Positions 45,799 through 55,117 of a DNA stretch of 64,000 nucleotides are shown piece by piece. Source of the stretch: a bacterium (GTDB lineage Bacteria > Zhuqueibacterota > QNDG01 > DTFT01); the NCBI GenBank assembly GCA_030372965.1, contig JAUCQC010000228.1:15203-79202 (forward strand), in the 5' to 3' direction. The notes below the pieces were generated by a model. The model was not told the DNA's origin, did no database searches, and saw nothing but the letters and a program-made list of their open reading frames with translations. The position numbers were made by a program, and so were the translations under genes. Position 1 is the first letter of the stretch. Every line of letters starts with the position of its first letter.

Positions 45799-46817
45799 TC
45801 CACGCCATCATTGTCGGAATCTTCGAATTCCGCGGGAACGGGAATTCCGGAGGAGATCGCTCCCCCTGAAGATTCCACGCTCCGGAGCCATTCATAGGTG
45901 CGCGTGAGTCCCTCCTTCAGGCTGACCCGGGGCGTCCACCGGACAATGCGGCGGATTTTCTCGATGTTGACGACGCGACGCCGGATATTGTCGATGTCGC
46001 GGCGGTCGATGTGGACCGGTTTCTGGTCGGATCCGAATATCGCCAGAATGGTCCGGGCCAGCTTGTTGACGCTCGTTTCACGGCCGGATCCCACGTTGAA
46101 AATGTCGCCCACGGCCTTGGGATTGAGCGCGGCCATCAGGGTGGCCTCCACCACGTCCGACACGTACGTGAAATCGCGTGTCTGTTCGCCGTCCCCGTGG
46201 ATGAGCGGCGGCACGCCGCTCATCAGTTTCTCGAAGAATTTGGAAACCACGCCGCAGTACGGATTGGTCGGAGACTGGTTCAGGCCGTACACGTTCGAAT
46301 AGCGCAGGATGACGACCGGGACGCCGTAGGTTTCGAAGAAGGAGGAACAGAAGTTTTCGCCGGAGAGCTTGCTCGCCGCGTAGGGATTGATGATGCTCAG
46401 GCGGTCGTCCTCATTGACCGGAATGTAGCGGGCGTTTCCGTAAACGGACGCCGAAGAGGCATAGACGATTTTCTCGATCCCGTGCTGCTTCGCTGCGAGC
46501 AGCACGTTGAAGACGCCGCCGGTGTTGACCAGGAAATCGAGCCGCGGCGAGCGGGTGGAGACGATGATGTTCCGGACGGCGAGGTTGAAGACGATATCGG
46601 ACTCCTGGACCAGCCGGGAAACCAGATCGAACCGGGTCACCGATCCCTGGATGAAACGAATGCGGTCCAATTGCCGGATGTTCTCCCTTCGGCCGGTGAA
46701 AAGGTCGTCCAGAACCGTGACCTGGGCGCCCTCTTCGACCAGCCGGTCCGTCAGATTGGATCCGATGAATCCGGCCCCGCCAGTGACCAGAACCCGTTTA
46801 CCCGCGAACCTCGTCAT
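45774..46817 (-). CDS. NAD-dependent epimerase/dehydratase (SDR; UDP-sugar 4-epimerase or decarboxylase type)
   Basis: VLVTGGAGFIGSNL Rossmann motif, the YAASK catalytic motif, and RYSNVYG. An extra C-terminal tail of about 35 aa overlaps the wzc-like start. Confidence 0.88.
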   Translation of the reverse strand: MTRFAGKRVLVTGGAGFIGSNLTDRLVEEGAQVTVLDDLFTGRRENIRQLDRIRFIQGSVTRFDLVSRLVQESDIVFNLAVRNIIVSTRSPRLDFLVNTGGVFNVLLAAKQHGIEKIVYASSASVYGNARYIPVNEDDRLSIINPYAASKLSGENFCSSFFETYGVPVVILRYSNVYGLNQSPTNPYCGVVSKFFEKLMSGVPPLIHGDGEQTRDFTYVSDVVEATLMAALNPKAVGDIFNVGSGRETSVNKLARTILAIFGSDQKPVHIDRRDIDNIRRRVVNIEKIRRIVRWTPRVSLKEGLTRTYEWLRSVESSGGAISSGIPVPAEFEDSDNDGVECRGAAAP

Positions 46818-46838
46818 AAGGAAGTTGATCCCCCTTGA

Positions 46839-47600
46839 TCAAGTGGCGTCCCGCATGGAAAGGACGAACGGAACAGTCATCATCAGAATACGAAAATCCA
46901 GAAGCAGGCTCCAATGGTCCACGTACCAGAGATCGTGCAGAATGGCTTCTTCGTAGTTGTCGGGCGTGAAGCGCAGATTCAGCTTGGACCATCCGGTGAG
47001 ACCCGGCTTCACCTGAAGACGCCGGTGGTACCATTTCTTGTAGGATTCCACCTCATAGGTCGGATGGGGCCTGGGGCCGACCAGGCTCATCTCTCCGGTC
47101 AGGATGTTGAAAATCTGGGGAAGCTCGTCGAGACTGCTCGCGCGGAGAAAACGACCGACCCGGGTGATTCTCCGGTTGAGGTAATCCACGTACCGCTCCA
47201 CCCGATCCGTCTGTCCGGATTCATCCGATCCGGACAGCAGGGATTCGACGTAGGCCTTGTGCTCCTTCTCCCCGTCGTCGGCCCGCATGGTCCTGAATTT
47301 CCAGATACGGAATTTCCTGCCCCGGTACCCCACCCGCTCCTGGCGGAAAAAAACGGGACCGGCCGAAGTCGTCTTGATCAGGACCGCGATCACCAGAAAA
47401 ACGGGCAGGCTGACAGCCAGAAAGACGGTGGCGAAAACGAGGTCGAAAATCCGCTTGACGGCCTGACGGAGTCCGATCCCGATTTCCCCGGCGATTCCCG
47501 TCCGCAGCGCAGACGCCCCGCCGATCCGGCAATCCCCGAGGGATGCCGCGATCTGGTCATCGATGGCGTGATGGAAGGATTTGAAGGGCGCCGGTTTCAT
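46839..47600 (-). CDS. Undecaprenyl-phosphate sugar phosphotransferase (bacterial sugar transferase, WbaP/EpsL C-terminal type)
   Basis: KRIFDLVFATVFL, GPVFFRQERVGYRGRKFRIWKFRTM, DELPQIFNILTGEMSLVGPRP. Confidence 0.9.
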   Translation of the reverse strand: MKPAPFKSFHHAIDDQIAASLGDCRIGGASALRTGIAGEIGIGLRQAVKRIFDLVFATVFLAVSLPVFLVIAVLIKTTSAGPVFFRQERVGYRGRKFRIWKFRTMRADDGEKEHKAYVESLLSGSDESGQTDRVERYVDYLNRRITRVGRFLRASSLDELPQIFNILTGEMSLVGPRPHPTYEVESYKKWYHRRLQVKPGLTGWSKLNLRFTPDNYEEAILHDLWYVDHWSLLLDFRILMMTVPFVLSMRDAT

Positions 47601-47627
47601 GTTCCCCGAAATGGTCGCTATCCTGGA

Positions 47628-48311
47628 TCAGGCGAAACGGTATCCCATCCCGTGTATGGTCTGAATGTACCGGGAGGGGTTGGTTTTCTCTCCGAGTTTC
47701 TCTCTGAGGCGCTTGACATGGACGTCCACGGTTCTGTCCGTGACGTAGACATTCTCTCCCCAGACCTTTCCGAGAATTTCCTCCCGTGAAAAAATCGTGT
47801 CCCGGTGCGTGACCAGGAGGTACAGGAGCTTGAACTGGGTGTAGGTGAGGTCCACCGGCCTGCCGTTCTTCATGACCTCATGGGTCTCGAGATTGATTTC
47901 AATGTCCTTGATCTGGATGGTGTTCGGCGACGTGTCGACCAGATCGATGCGCCGGATCAGCGCCTTGACCTTGGCCACCAGTTCCTCGAAGGCTTCGGTC
48001 CCGGACAGGCATTCATCCGCGCCGTTTTCAAGCGCGCTGATGCGGTCCGACGATTTTCGGCTTCCGGTCAGCACGACCAGAGCGGTTTTCCGGTTCGTTT
48101 CCCGCAATAAACGGTTGATTTCGTCGATTTTACCGTGCGTGGCGGCGTAATCAACCACAAACGCACGCGGATTCTCCTTTTTTAAAACCGGCAGCGCATC
48201 CTGATCCGGCGGAACTGTGACCACCCTGAATCCCGCGGAAGAGAAATGTCTTTCGATCTCCTGTTGGACGCTGAGATCGGGCGTGGCGACGAGTACTTTG
48301 GGTGCGATCAT
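47628..48311 (-). CDS. OmpR-family winged-helix regulator with an atypical (probably non-phosphorylated) receiver domain
   Basis: The C-terminal trans_reg_C domain is clear (LTYTQFKLLYLLVTH, VWGENVYVTDRTVDVHVKRLREKL, IQTIHGMGYRF). The receiver lacks the DD acidic pair (KVLVATPDLS) and the conserved Lys (GADECLSGTEAF). Confidence 0.85.
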   Translation of the reverse strand: MIAPKVLVATPDLSVQQEIERHFSSAGFRVVTVPPDQDALPVLKKENPRAFVVDYAATHGKIDEINRLLRETNRKTALVVLTGSRKSSDRISALENGADECLSGTEAFEELVAKVKALIRRIDLVDTSPNTIQIKDIEINLETHEVMKNGRPVDLTYTQFKLLYLLVTHRDTIFSREEILGKVWGENVYVTDRTVDVHVKRLREKLGEKTNPSRYIQTIHGMGYRFA

Positions 48312-48365
48312 GGCGGCATCCGTTTGTTAATGAAACATCACAAATGTGAACGACAGGTCATGAAA

Positions 48366-48381
48366 TGCAAGTTCCATGCCA
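48366..48381 (-). promoter_or_regulatory. Sigma-54 (-24/-12) promoter TGGCATGGAACTTGCA
   Basis: On the - strand it matches 11 of the 12 defined positions of TGGCACG-N4-TTGCW with GG-N10-GC spacing. It is 55 nt upstream of the regulator ATG (48311). Confidence 0.7.
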
Positions 48382-48521
48382 CCCAAATGCTGAACAATTC
48401 AGGCTAAACAGACATCCTCGATCGTTGTCAGGAGGGAAAAACAGGGTGAGGGGAGGAAAAAAATGCCTGTTCCCGTGACGATTCATGCCTCCTTTCAGGT
48501 CATCCGCCTGCGGTTGACGGG

Positions 48522-49364
48522 TCAACGGCTGCCCGGCAGAACCCACCAGAACAGGACCGCGTAAACAATCGGCGCCACTAATATGGGCGCGTCAAAACGG
48601 TCGAACATGCCGCCGTGGCCGGGAAGGAGATCCGAAGAATCCTTGACGCCTGCGTCCCTTTTGAAAACGGATTCGGTCAGGTCGCCGATTTGCGCGAATA
48701 CGCCGATGAGCGCGCCGATCAGGACCGCGTCGGTTGTGTTCATCATCGGGAGGGCCCGGTTCTGAATGAACACGCTGACCAGCGGAGCGGAAACAAATCC
48801 TGCAAGCCCCCCCTCCCACGTCTTCTTCGGGCTGACCCTCGGGAAAAGTTTGTGCCGGCCGAAGCTGGAGCCGACAAAGTAAGCCGCCGTGTCGCAGACC
48901 CAGATCGTCAGAACGGTCATCAGAAGGATCCATCCCCCGGCGGCGTACGGCCATCCCGCGTTCACCGGCAGCTCCCGTATCGGGATGAAAAAGGAGAAAA
49001 GGCCGATATAGAAAAAACCGGCGATGGACGCGGAGGCATTGGCGATGGCGCCGGGCTTTCCGCGGAAAAGTTCAACGAGCAGAGATAGCACGAGAAAGCA
49101 TCCCGCGACGCGTGCGGCGGCCGGTGTCCCGCTGAAATACCAGAACGCATTGAGCGCCGGGAACGCGGCCAGACCGGGCCAGACGGCCGGCTCAATTCCC
49201 TTCCGCCTCGAAAGGCCGCGCCATTCCCAGTACGACACCGCCTGGACAATGGTGATCAGGACGGGCAGGGCCAGACGGCCGATCCAGAGGGATCCCAGGA
49301 CGACCGGTATGCCGAACACCGCCACCGCGATCCTCTTCGGAAGGGTGGAATAGGCTGAACTCAT
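48522..49364 (-). CDS. cdsA: Phosphatidate cytidylyltransferase
   Basis: Polytopic membrane protein with the signature SVFKRDAGVKDSSDLLPGHGGMFDRFD. The ATG at 49364 overlaps the upstream TGA (ATGA). The tracked 714-aa ORF is an artefactual extension. Confidence 0.9.
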   Translation of the reverse strand: MSSAYSTLPKRIAVAVFGIPVVLGSLWIGRLALPVLITIVQAVSYWEWRGLSRRKGIEPAVWPGLAAFPALNAFWYFSGTPAAARVAGCFLVLSLLVELFRGKPGAIANASASIAGFFYIGLFSFFIPIRELPVNAGWPYAAGGWILLMTVLTIWVCDTAAYFVGSSFGRHKLFPRVSPKKTWEGGLAGFVSAPLVSVFIQNRALPMMNTTDAVLIGALIGVFAQIGDLTESVFKRDAGVKDSSDLLPGHGGMFDRFDAPILVAPIVYAVLFWWVLPGSR

Positions 49365-50902
49365 GTGCGTCTCTCTCCAGCATTGGTGAGATAAATGCCC
49401 TTCAAACCCTCGACCGGGCAGCGCACGGCGCAGATGCCGCATCCCACGCAGGCGTCCTCGACCACATAGGGCTGCAGCACCTTGTTCTCCCGGCCGTCGA
49501 TGGTCATCACGGTCACTTCGCGGAAGCGGATGGCTTTTTCCGGGATGGGGCAATGCTCCTCGCAGACCATGCAGTTCTCGCCGTAATACCACGGGATGCA
49601 CCGTGTCTTGTCGAAGTGCGCGGTGCCCATTTTGACCGACTGTTTCTCCTCCACGGATAGACGGGGAATGGCGCCCGTCGGGCAGACCTGCCCGCAGAGA
49701 TTGCATTCGTGTTCGCAATATCCCCTGGGAGGCGACAGCACCGGGGACCCCAATCCGTCCCATCCCGATTGAAGGCCGGCCAGTTGCAGACCCTGCCCGG
49801 AGGTCGAACAGACGCGCACGCATTCGCCGCACCGGATGCACCGGTCGAGAAACGCTTCCTCGGCCAGGGCCGCGGGCGGACGGATCACCAGGCCGCTGCG
49901 GACCGGGTCGGTGAAACGCGTCCGCGCCAGCCCCGCGGCGAAGAGACCGGTCAATCCGGCGCCCAGCAGTTTTCTGCGCGACAGGTCGATCGGAGCCGGG
50001 GAGGGTTTTCCGACAAAACGAAAACGGACGACGTGTTCCGGGCAATCGGCCTGGCAGTCCATGCAATTGATGCATTCCGCGTGGCGGGTCGTCACGTAAT
50101 CCGGAGGAATGGCGTCCATCCTGCACCCGGCCGCGCAGATTCCGCAGGCACGGCATTGGTTTCCGACCGTGCGACGGTACCAGCGAAAACGCGACAGAAA
50201 ACCGAGAAGACCGCCCAGCGGACACAGGTACCGGCACCAGAAACGCCTCCGGATCAGGCCGGTCAGGAGAATGGCCAGGAACAGAACGGCGATCCAGAAC
50301 GCGCCGCTGAAATCGGACGGCGCCACGGGAAGAACGGATCCGCGCAACCAGTCCTCCAGCCGGCTGGACGCGGCGTCCAGGAAAGGGATGCCGGACAGAA
50401 GGGCCAGAAAGCCTTCGGTCATCCAGACGAAGAACGGAAAAATGACGGCCGTCAAAGTGCGCGTGAGGATTGAGATCGGGTCGAACCATCCCGCGATCTG
50501 GACGGAAAAAACCGCCGCGGTCACAAGCGCGGCAAGCAGGAAATATTTGACGCTTCTGAGCCGGCTGGAATCCGTGTCGGCGGAAGCGCCCGCTCCCCTG
50601 CGGCCGCGTTTCCGGCCGGGGCGCACGCGGTTGTCGAAACCGTCGATGACCGTGCCCATCGGGCACACCCAGCCGCAGAAGAACCGTCCGAGCAGGACGC
50701 CCGCCGCGACGAGCCCCAGCGCCCAGAGGCAGGCCGGAATCCAGGAACGGGCGGCGACGGCCGAGGTGAGAGTGCCGAGCGGGCTCAATCGGAGAAACGC
50801 GTCCACGGGAAGCCCGGTGGCCAGCGGATAGGAGGCCTTGATCCAGAACAGGATGAAAAGCAGAAGGAAAAAAATCTGCGAGATCCGTCTTGCGGTGCGC
50901 AT
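49361..50902 (-). CDS. Membrane polyferredoxin (NapH/MauN-like TM region plus three 2x[4Fe-4S] domains)
   Basis: GRFFCGWVCPMG and RRFWCRYLCPLG membrane CxxC motifs, then six CxxCxxCxxxCP-type motifs (CRACGICAAGC, CINCMDCQADCP, CIRCGECVRVC, CNLCGQVCP, CMVCEEHCP, CVGCGICAVRCP). Confidence 0.85.
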   Translation of the reverse strand: MRTARRISQIFFLLLFILFWIKASYPLATGLPVDAFLRLSPLGTLTSAVAARSWIPACLWALGLVAAGVLLGRFFCGWVCPMGTVIDGFDNRVRPGRKRGRRGAGASADTDSSRLRSVKYFLLAALVTAAVFSVQIAGWFDPISILTRTLTAVIFPFFVWMTEGFLALLSGIPFLDAASSRLEDWLRGSVLPVAPSDFSGAFWIAVLFLAILLTGLIRRRFWCRYLCPLGGLLGFLSRFRWYRRTVGNQCRACGICAAGCRMDAIPPDYVTTRHAECINCMDCQADCPEHVVRFRFVGKPSPAPIDLSRRKLLGAGLTGLFAAGLARTRFTDPVRSGLVIRPPAALAEEAFLDRCIRCGECVRVCSTSGQGLQLAGLQSGWDGLGSPVLSPPRGYCEHECNLCGQVCPTGAIPRLSVEEKQSVKMGTAHFDKTRCIPWYYGENCMVCEEHCPIPEKAIRFREVTVMTIDGRENKVLQPYVVEDACVGCGICAVRCPVEGLKGIYLTNAGERRT

Positions 50903-50913
50903 GGGGCCGTCCG

Positions 50914-51822
50914 CTACGCGCCGAGGCTCACGGTCCTGACGGACACGCGGCTGAGATCATTCTCGCCGAGTCCCCTGCGTTTGGCCTCGGTCAGGAAGGG
51001 AAGCCGGCCGGGATTCAGGCTGAACAGGGTCGCGCCGAACGCGTCCACCGCGACGGGATCCGAGCCGGCGATGACGGTTCGTCGGAGCGAGACGTCCGAG
51101 AGATTGCCGCCGCTCGGCCCGTTCCGCGTCAGAACGCGAAAGGCGTCCAGGACGACGAGGTCGGGACGGATTCGGGCGTTGAGATCGGCGATCTTCGGGG
51201 CGAAATCACGGTGGAATTGCCCACGGTTTCCACCGATGACGCCCATCAGGTTTTTCATGCCCAGGGAGACGCCCGCGTCCGGAACGCTGTGGTGCTTGGC
51301 CGCCGGGACATTGATGAGCCGGTCCGCCTCCAGCACGTCTTCGTAGATTTCCCACGACCGGATCCTCTCGCCATCCGGGAAGGAGACGGACTTGAACTTT
51401 CGTTCTGACACGAAGGAGACCTCGGCGCCGGCCCCGCGGGCGGCCTGTTCGATGCCGGTCCGCTTGTAGCAGCGCCTGGGTTCGTTGAGCGTGAAGTCGA
51501 AAACGCGGACCTTCTTCGCCCCCGCTTCAATGGCCATGCGGACCACTTCGCCCACCACGTCCGGATTCGTGGTGGCGCCCTGCTCCGGAACGCGGTCCCA
51601 GGCGATGTTGGGTTTCACCACGACCACGTCCCCGGGTTTGACGAATTTCCGCATGCCCCCGATCTCTTCGACCGCGCGGCGGGCGAGCGCGGCGGGTGAA
51701 CCGTCCCGGGCCACGGCGATCTCGGGCTGTGGCGCGGCATGCGCCGTGTCGCTTTTACGGAGGATCAGGGAACCCGCGGCCGCCCAAAGGGCGGATCGTT
51801 CAAGGAACTGGCGTCTGTCCAT
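50914..51822 (-). CDS. DUF362-domain protein with twin-arginine (Tat) signal peptide
   Basis: MDRRQFLERSALWAAAGSLIL...AHA Tat leader. VVVKPNI, GAKKVRVFD and NVPAAKHH are typical of DUF362. Confidence 0.75.
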   Translation of the reverse strand: MDRRQFLERSALWAAAGSLILRKSDTAHAAPQPEIAVARDGSPAALARRAVEEIGGMRKFVKPGDVVVVKPNIAWDRVPEQGATTNPDVVGEVVRMAIEAGAKKVRVFDFTLNEPRRCYKRTGIEQAARGAGAEVSFVSERKFKSVSFPDGERIRSWEIYEDVLEADRLINVPAAKHHSVPDAGVSLGMKNLMGVIGGNRGQFHRDFAPKIADLNARIRPDLVVLDAFRVLTRNGPSGGNLSDVSLRRTVIAGSDPVAVDAFGATLFSLNPGRLPFLTEAKRRGLGENDLSRVSVRTVSLGA

Positions 51823-51839
51823 GGCGCTTCCGGTCCCGT

Positions 51840-54311
51840 CTAGTTGGTGTCCTGGGGCTTCACCGATTTGGGATGCTCGGCTTTTTTCTTGACCGATTCG
51901 GCGTCCACGAACTCGAGCCCGTCGTCCTTGCAGCGGACCAGGATCTGGGCGCCTCCGGGGAAGCGGTTTTTCAGGAGTTCCTCGGCGATCGGATCCTCCA
52001 CGTATTTCCGGACGATGCGCCGGACCTGACGGGCGCCGTAGGTGGGGTCGTATCCCTTGTCCACGAGGAATTCCTTGGCCTTGTCCGTGAAAACCACCTG
52101 CACGTTCCGGTCCCGCAGTTCCTTCAGGCTGGACTGAAGCGCCAGATCGACGATGCGGAGCATGTGCTCCCTGCGGAGCGGACGGAACACCACGCTCTCG
52201 TCGATCCGATTGATGAATTCCGGGTTGAACAGCCGCTTGGTCTCCTCCAGCATGACGGACCGCATCGATTCGTAGTCGATCTCGTCATCCTTGGCGCTGA
52301 ATCCGTACGACCCCTTTCGGATCGCCCGGGTGCCGATGTTGGAGGTCATGATCAGAATCGTGTTCTTGAAGTCGACTTTCCGGCCGAGTCCGTCGGTGAG
52401 ATGGCCGTCGTCGAGAATCTGAAGGAGCAGATTGAAGACGTCCGGATGCGCCTTCTCGATCTCGTCCAGCAGAACGACGGAATAGGGCCGACGCCGCACC
52501 TTTTCCGTCAGCTGGCCCCCCTCCTCGTAACCGACGTAGCCGGGAGGCGCCCCGGTCATCCGGGAGACGGCGAATTTCTCCATGAATTCCGACATGTCCA
52601 TGCGGATCAGGGCGTTCTCGTCGTCGAACAGGTACTCGGCGAGCACCTTCGCCAGATACGTCTTGCCGACTCCGGTGGGCCCCAGGAAGAGAAACGAGCC
52701 GATCGGCCGCCTGGGATCCTTGAGACCCGCGCGCGTCCGGCAGATGGCGCGGCTCAGGATGTCGATGCTCTCGTCCTGGCCGATCACGCGCTGCTTCAGA
52801 ACCGAGGACATGGCGAGCAATTTCTCGGATTCGGACTGGGCGACGCGGGAGATGGGAATGCCGGTCATCATCGAGACGACTTCCGCGATGTCGTCGGTCG
52901 TGACCGTGGCGAGAGCCTCCCCTTCCTCCTCCTCCCAGCGTTTCCGGGCGTCTTCGAGATCCGTCTGGAGTTTTTTCTCGCGGTCCCGCAGAACAGCGGC
53001 CTTCTCGAACTCCTGGTTCCGGATCACGTTTTCCTTCTCGGTGCGGATGACCTTGAGACGCTCCTCGAACATGGTGATCTCGCGCGGGACGGCGATGTTG
53101 GCGAGATGCACCTTGGATCCGGCCTCGTCCAGCACGTCGATGGCCTTGTCCGGCAGAAATTTGTCCGTGATGTACCGGTCGGACAGCCGCACGCACGACT
53201 CGACGGCGTCCTCGGAATATCGAATCCGGTGATGCTTTTCGTAACGCTCGCGCAGGCCGTACAGGATGCGGACCGTGTCCTCCACCGACGGCGGGTCGAC
53301 GATCACCTTCTGGAAACGGCGCTCCAATGCCCCGTCCTTCTCGATGTACTGCCGGTACTCGTCCAGCGTGGTGGCGCCGATGCACTGCAGTTCGCCGCGG
53401 GCCAGCGCGGGCTTGAACATGTTCGAGGCGTCCAGCGATCCCGACGCGCCGCCGGCCCCGACGATCGTGTGCAGTTCGTCGATGAAGAGGATGATGTTCT
53501 TCGATTTGCCGAGTTCGTTCATGATGGCTTTCATGCGCTCTTCGAACTGGCCGCGGTATTTCGTGCCCGCCACGATGGCGCCGAGGTCCAGCGTCACCAC
53601 GCGTTTGTTGTGCAGGACGCGCGACACGTTCTTTTCGATGATGCGCATGGCCAGGCCCTCGGCGATGGCCGTTTTGCCGACGCCCGGTTCGCCGATGAGG
53701 ACGGGATTGTTCTTCTTGCGCCGGGAGAGGATCTGGGCGACCCGCCGTATCTCGTTTTCGCGGCCGATGACGGGATCAAGTTCCCCTTTCTGGGCGAGCA
53801 CGGTCAGGTCCCGGCCGAAATGGTCGAGTGCCGGCGTCTGCGATTTTCCCTTCGGCTCCTTCTGGTTGGAAGTGCCCCGCAGGACGTTTTCCAGCTCTTC
53901 GAGAACGGCCTCGTAGGTGACATCGAAGCTCGAAAGAACCTGCGCGGCGATGCCTTCCTGGTCGCGGAGCAGGGCCAGAAGAAGGTGTTCGGTTCCGATC
54001 ACGTTGGATTTGAACCGCTCGGCTTCCGCGGTGGCCACCCGGAGCACCCGCTCGGCCCGCTTCGTGAACGGAATATTGCCCACGGTGATGGTGCCTCCGG
54101 AGGACTTGACCGTGTCCTCGACCGCTTTTTTCAGTTCCTCGAGGTCCAGGTCCATGTTCTGAAAGATCTCGATGGCCACTCCACCGCCCTCCTTGATGAG
54201 GCCGAGCAGGAGGTGCTCCGTGCCGATGTAGTCGTGGCCGAGCCGCAACGCTTCTTCCCTCGAAAGCTGAATGACGAGCTGTACGCGTTGCGAAAAATTA
54301 TTCTTGATCAT
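51840..54311 (-). CDS. clpC: ATP-dependent Clp protease ATP-binding subunit ClpC
   Basis: Clp_N repeats ([14 protein letters not shown]), two AAA+ modules ([18 protein letters not shown]), a UVR-like [14 protein letters not shown] segment. 823 aa. Confidence 0.93.
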   Translation of the reverse strand: MIKNNFSQRVQLVIQLSREEALRLGHDYIGTEHLLLGLIKEGGGVAIEIFQNMDLDLEELKKAVEDTVKSSGGTITVGNIPFTKRAERVLRVATAEAERFKSNVIGTEHLLLALLRDQEGIAAQVLSSFDVTYEAVLEELENVLRGTSNQKEPKGKSQTPALDHFGRDLTVLAQKGELDPVIGRENEIRRVAQILSRRKKNNPVLIGEPGVGKTAIAEGLAMRIIEKNVSRVLHNKRVVTLDLGAIVAGTKYRGQFEERMKAIMNELGKSKNIILFIDELHTIVGAGGASGSLDASNMFKPALARGELQCIGATTLDEYRQYIEKDGALERRFQKVIVDPPSVEDTVRILYGLRERYEKHHRIRYSEDAVESCVRLSDRYITDKFLPDKAIDVLDEAGSKVHLANIAVPREITMFEERLKVIRTEKENVIRNQEFEKAAVLRDREKKLQTDLEDARKRWEEEEGEALATVTTDDIAEVVSMMTGIPISRVAQSESEKLLAMSSVLKQRVIGQDESIDILSRAICRTRAGLKDPRRPIGSFLFLGPTGVGKTYLAKVLAEYLFDDENALIRMDMSEFMEKFAVSRMTGAPPGYVGYEEGGQLTEKVRRRPYSVVLLDEIEKAHPDVFNLLLQILDDGHLTDGLGRKVDFKNTILIMTSNIGTRAIRKGSYGFSAKDDEIDYESMRSVMLEETKRLFNPEFINRIDESVVFRPLRREHMLRIVDLALQSSLKELRDRNVQVVFTDKAKEFLVDKGYDPTYGARQVRRIVRKYVEDPIAEELLKNRFPGGAQILVRCKDDGLEFVDAESVKKKAEHPKSVKPQDTN

Positions 54312-54357
54312 GGCGTAAGTCCTTTATTCTGAGAAAAATGGCAACCCGTAAATGTCA

Positions 54358-54373
54358 TGCAAATATCAGGCCA
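54358..54373 (-). promoter_or_regulatory. Sigma-54-like -24/-12 element TGGCCTGATATTTGCA upstream of clpC
   Basis: On the - strand it matches 10 of the 12 defined consensus positions with GG-N10-GC spacing. It is 47 nt upstream of the clpC ATG. Confidence 0.45.
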
Positions 54374-54421
54374 TAAAACCGGGTGCGTCCTCGCCCAAAA
54401 AGGCGCCTAACATCATATTTT

Positions 54422-55117
54422 TCATGGCTGCTTGACTCGACCATCTATCATTTCGATGACCCGGTCCGCCTTTTTGGCCAGGTCTGGATTGTGAGTGACC
54501 ACCACAAACGACATGTTTTCCTGCCGGACCCGGTTCCACATGAGTTCATGCAACGCGTCGCTGTTGGCGCGGTCGAGGTTGCCCGAGGGCTCGTCCGCCA
54601 GAACCAGAACCGGGTTGTTGACCAGCGCGCGCGCGAACGCCACCCGCTGCTGTTCGCCGCCGGACATCTCTCTCGGTTTGTGGAACCTGCGCTTCGAAAG
54701 GCCCATGGCGTCGAGCAGGATTCCGGATCTCCTGAATGCCTTGTCCGGCGTTTCACGGGCGATCAGAGCCGGCAGGGCGACGTTCTCCTCCGCGGTGAAG
54801 TCCGGCAGGAGATGATGGAACTGAAAGACGAATCCGATCCGCCGGTTCCTGAAAGCGGACAGGCGCGCGTCGTTCATCGAAAACACCGGAACGGATTCAA
54901 TGGAAACCCTGCCCTGCGTGGGACGGTCCAGAGCGCCGAGGATGTGCAGGAGGGTGCTCTTGCCCGCGCCGGACGGGCCGATCACGGCGAGTATCTCCCC
55001 CCGCACGATCTTCAGATCGATCCCCTTCAGGACCGGAAGCGACCGGTTGCCCGCGATCGGGAAGGATTTGTGGATGCCTTCGGCGGAGAGCAGCACGTTG
55101 GATTCGGCTCTATTCAT
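54422..55117 (-). CDS. lolD: ABC transporter ATP-binding protein, LolD/MacB-type
   Basis: GPSGAGKSTLL Walker A, LSGGEQQRVAFARAL signature, LVLADEPSGNLD Walker B. Confidence 0.8.
   Translation of the reverse strand: MNRAESNVLLSAEGIHKSFPIAGNRSLPVLKGIDLKIVRGEILAVIGPSGAGKSTLLHILGALDRPTQGRVSIESVPVFSMNDARLSAFRNRRIGFVFQFHHLLPDFTAEENVALPALIARETPDKAFRRSGILLDAMGLSKRRFHKPREMSGGEQQRVAFARALVNNPVLVLADEPSGNLDRANSDALHELMWNRVRQENMSFVVVTHNPDLAKKADRVIEMIDGRVKQP

Noticed and set aside
48522-50666. 714-aa ORF read as a single large protein
   Set aside because: Only the last ~280 aa are CdsA. The upstream extension is R/P/G-rich and overlaps the polyferredoxin gene, which has clear Cys motifs in another frame. 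The internal ATG at 49364 overlaps that gene's stop (ATGA).
51696-54332. 878-aa ORF on the + strand
   Set aside because: It lies exactly antisense to clpC, whose product has unmistakable Clp/AAA+ motifs. The + strand translation is low-complexity and rich in R/G/D/V/L, with no recognisable motif. This is a typical shadow ORF of GC-rich DNA.
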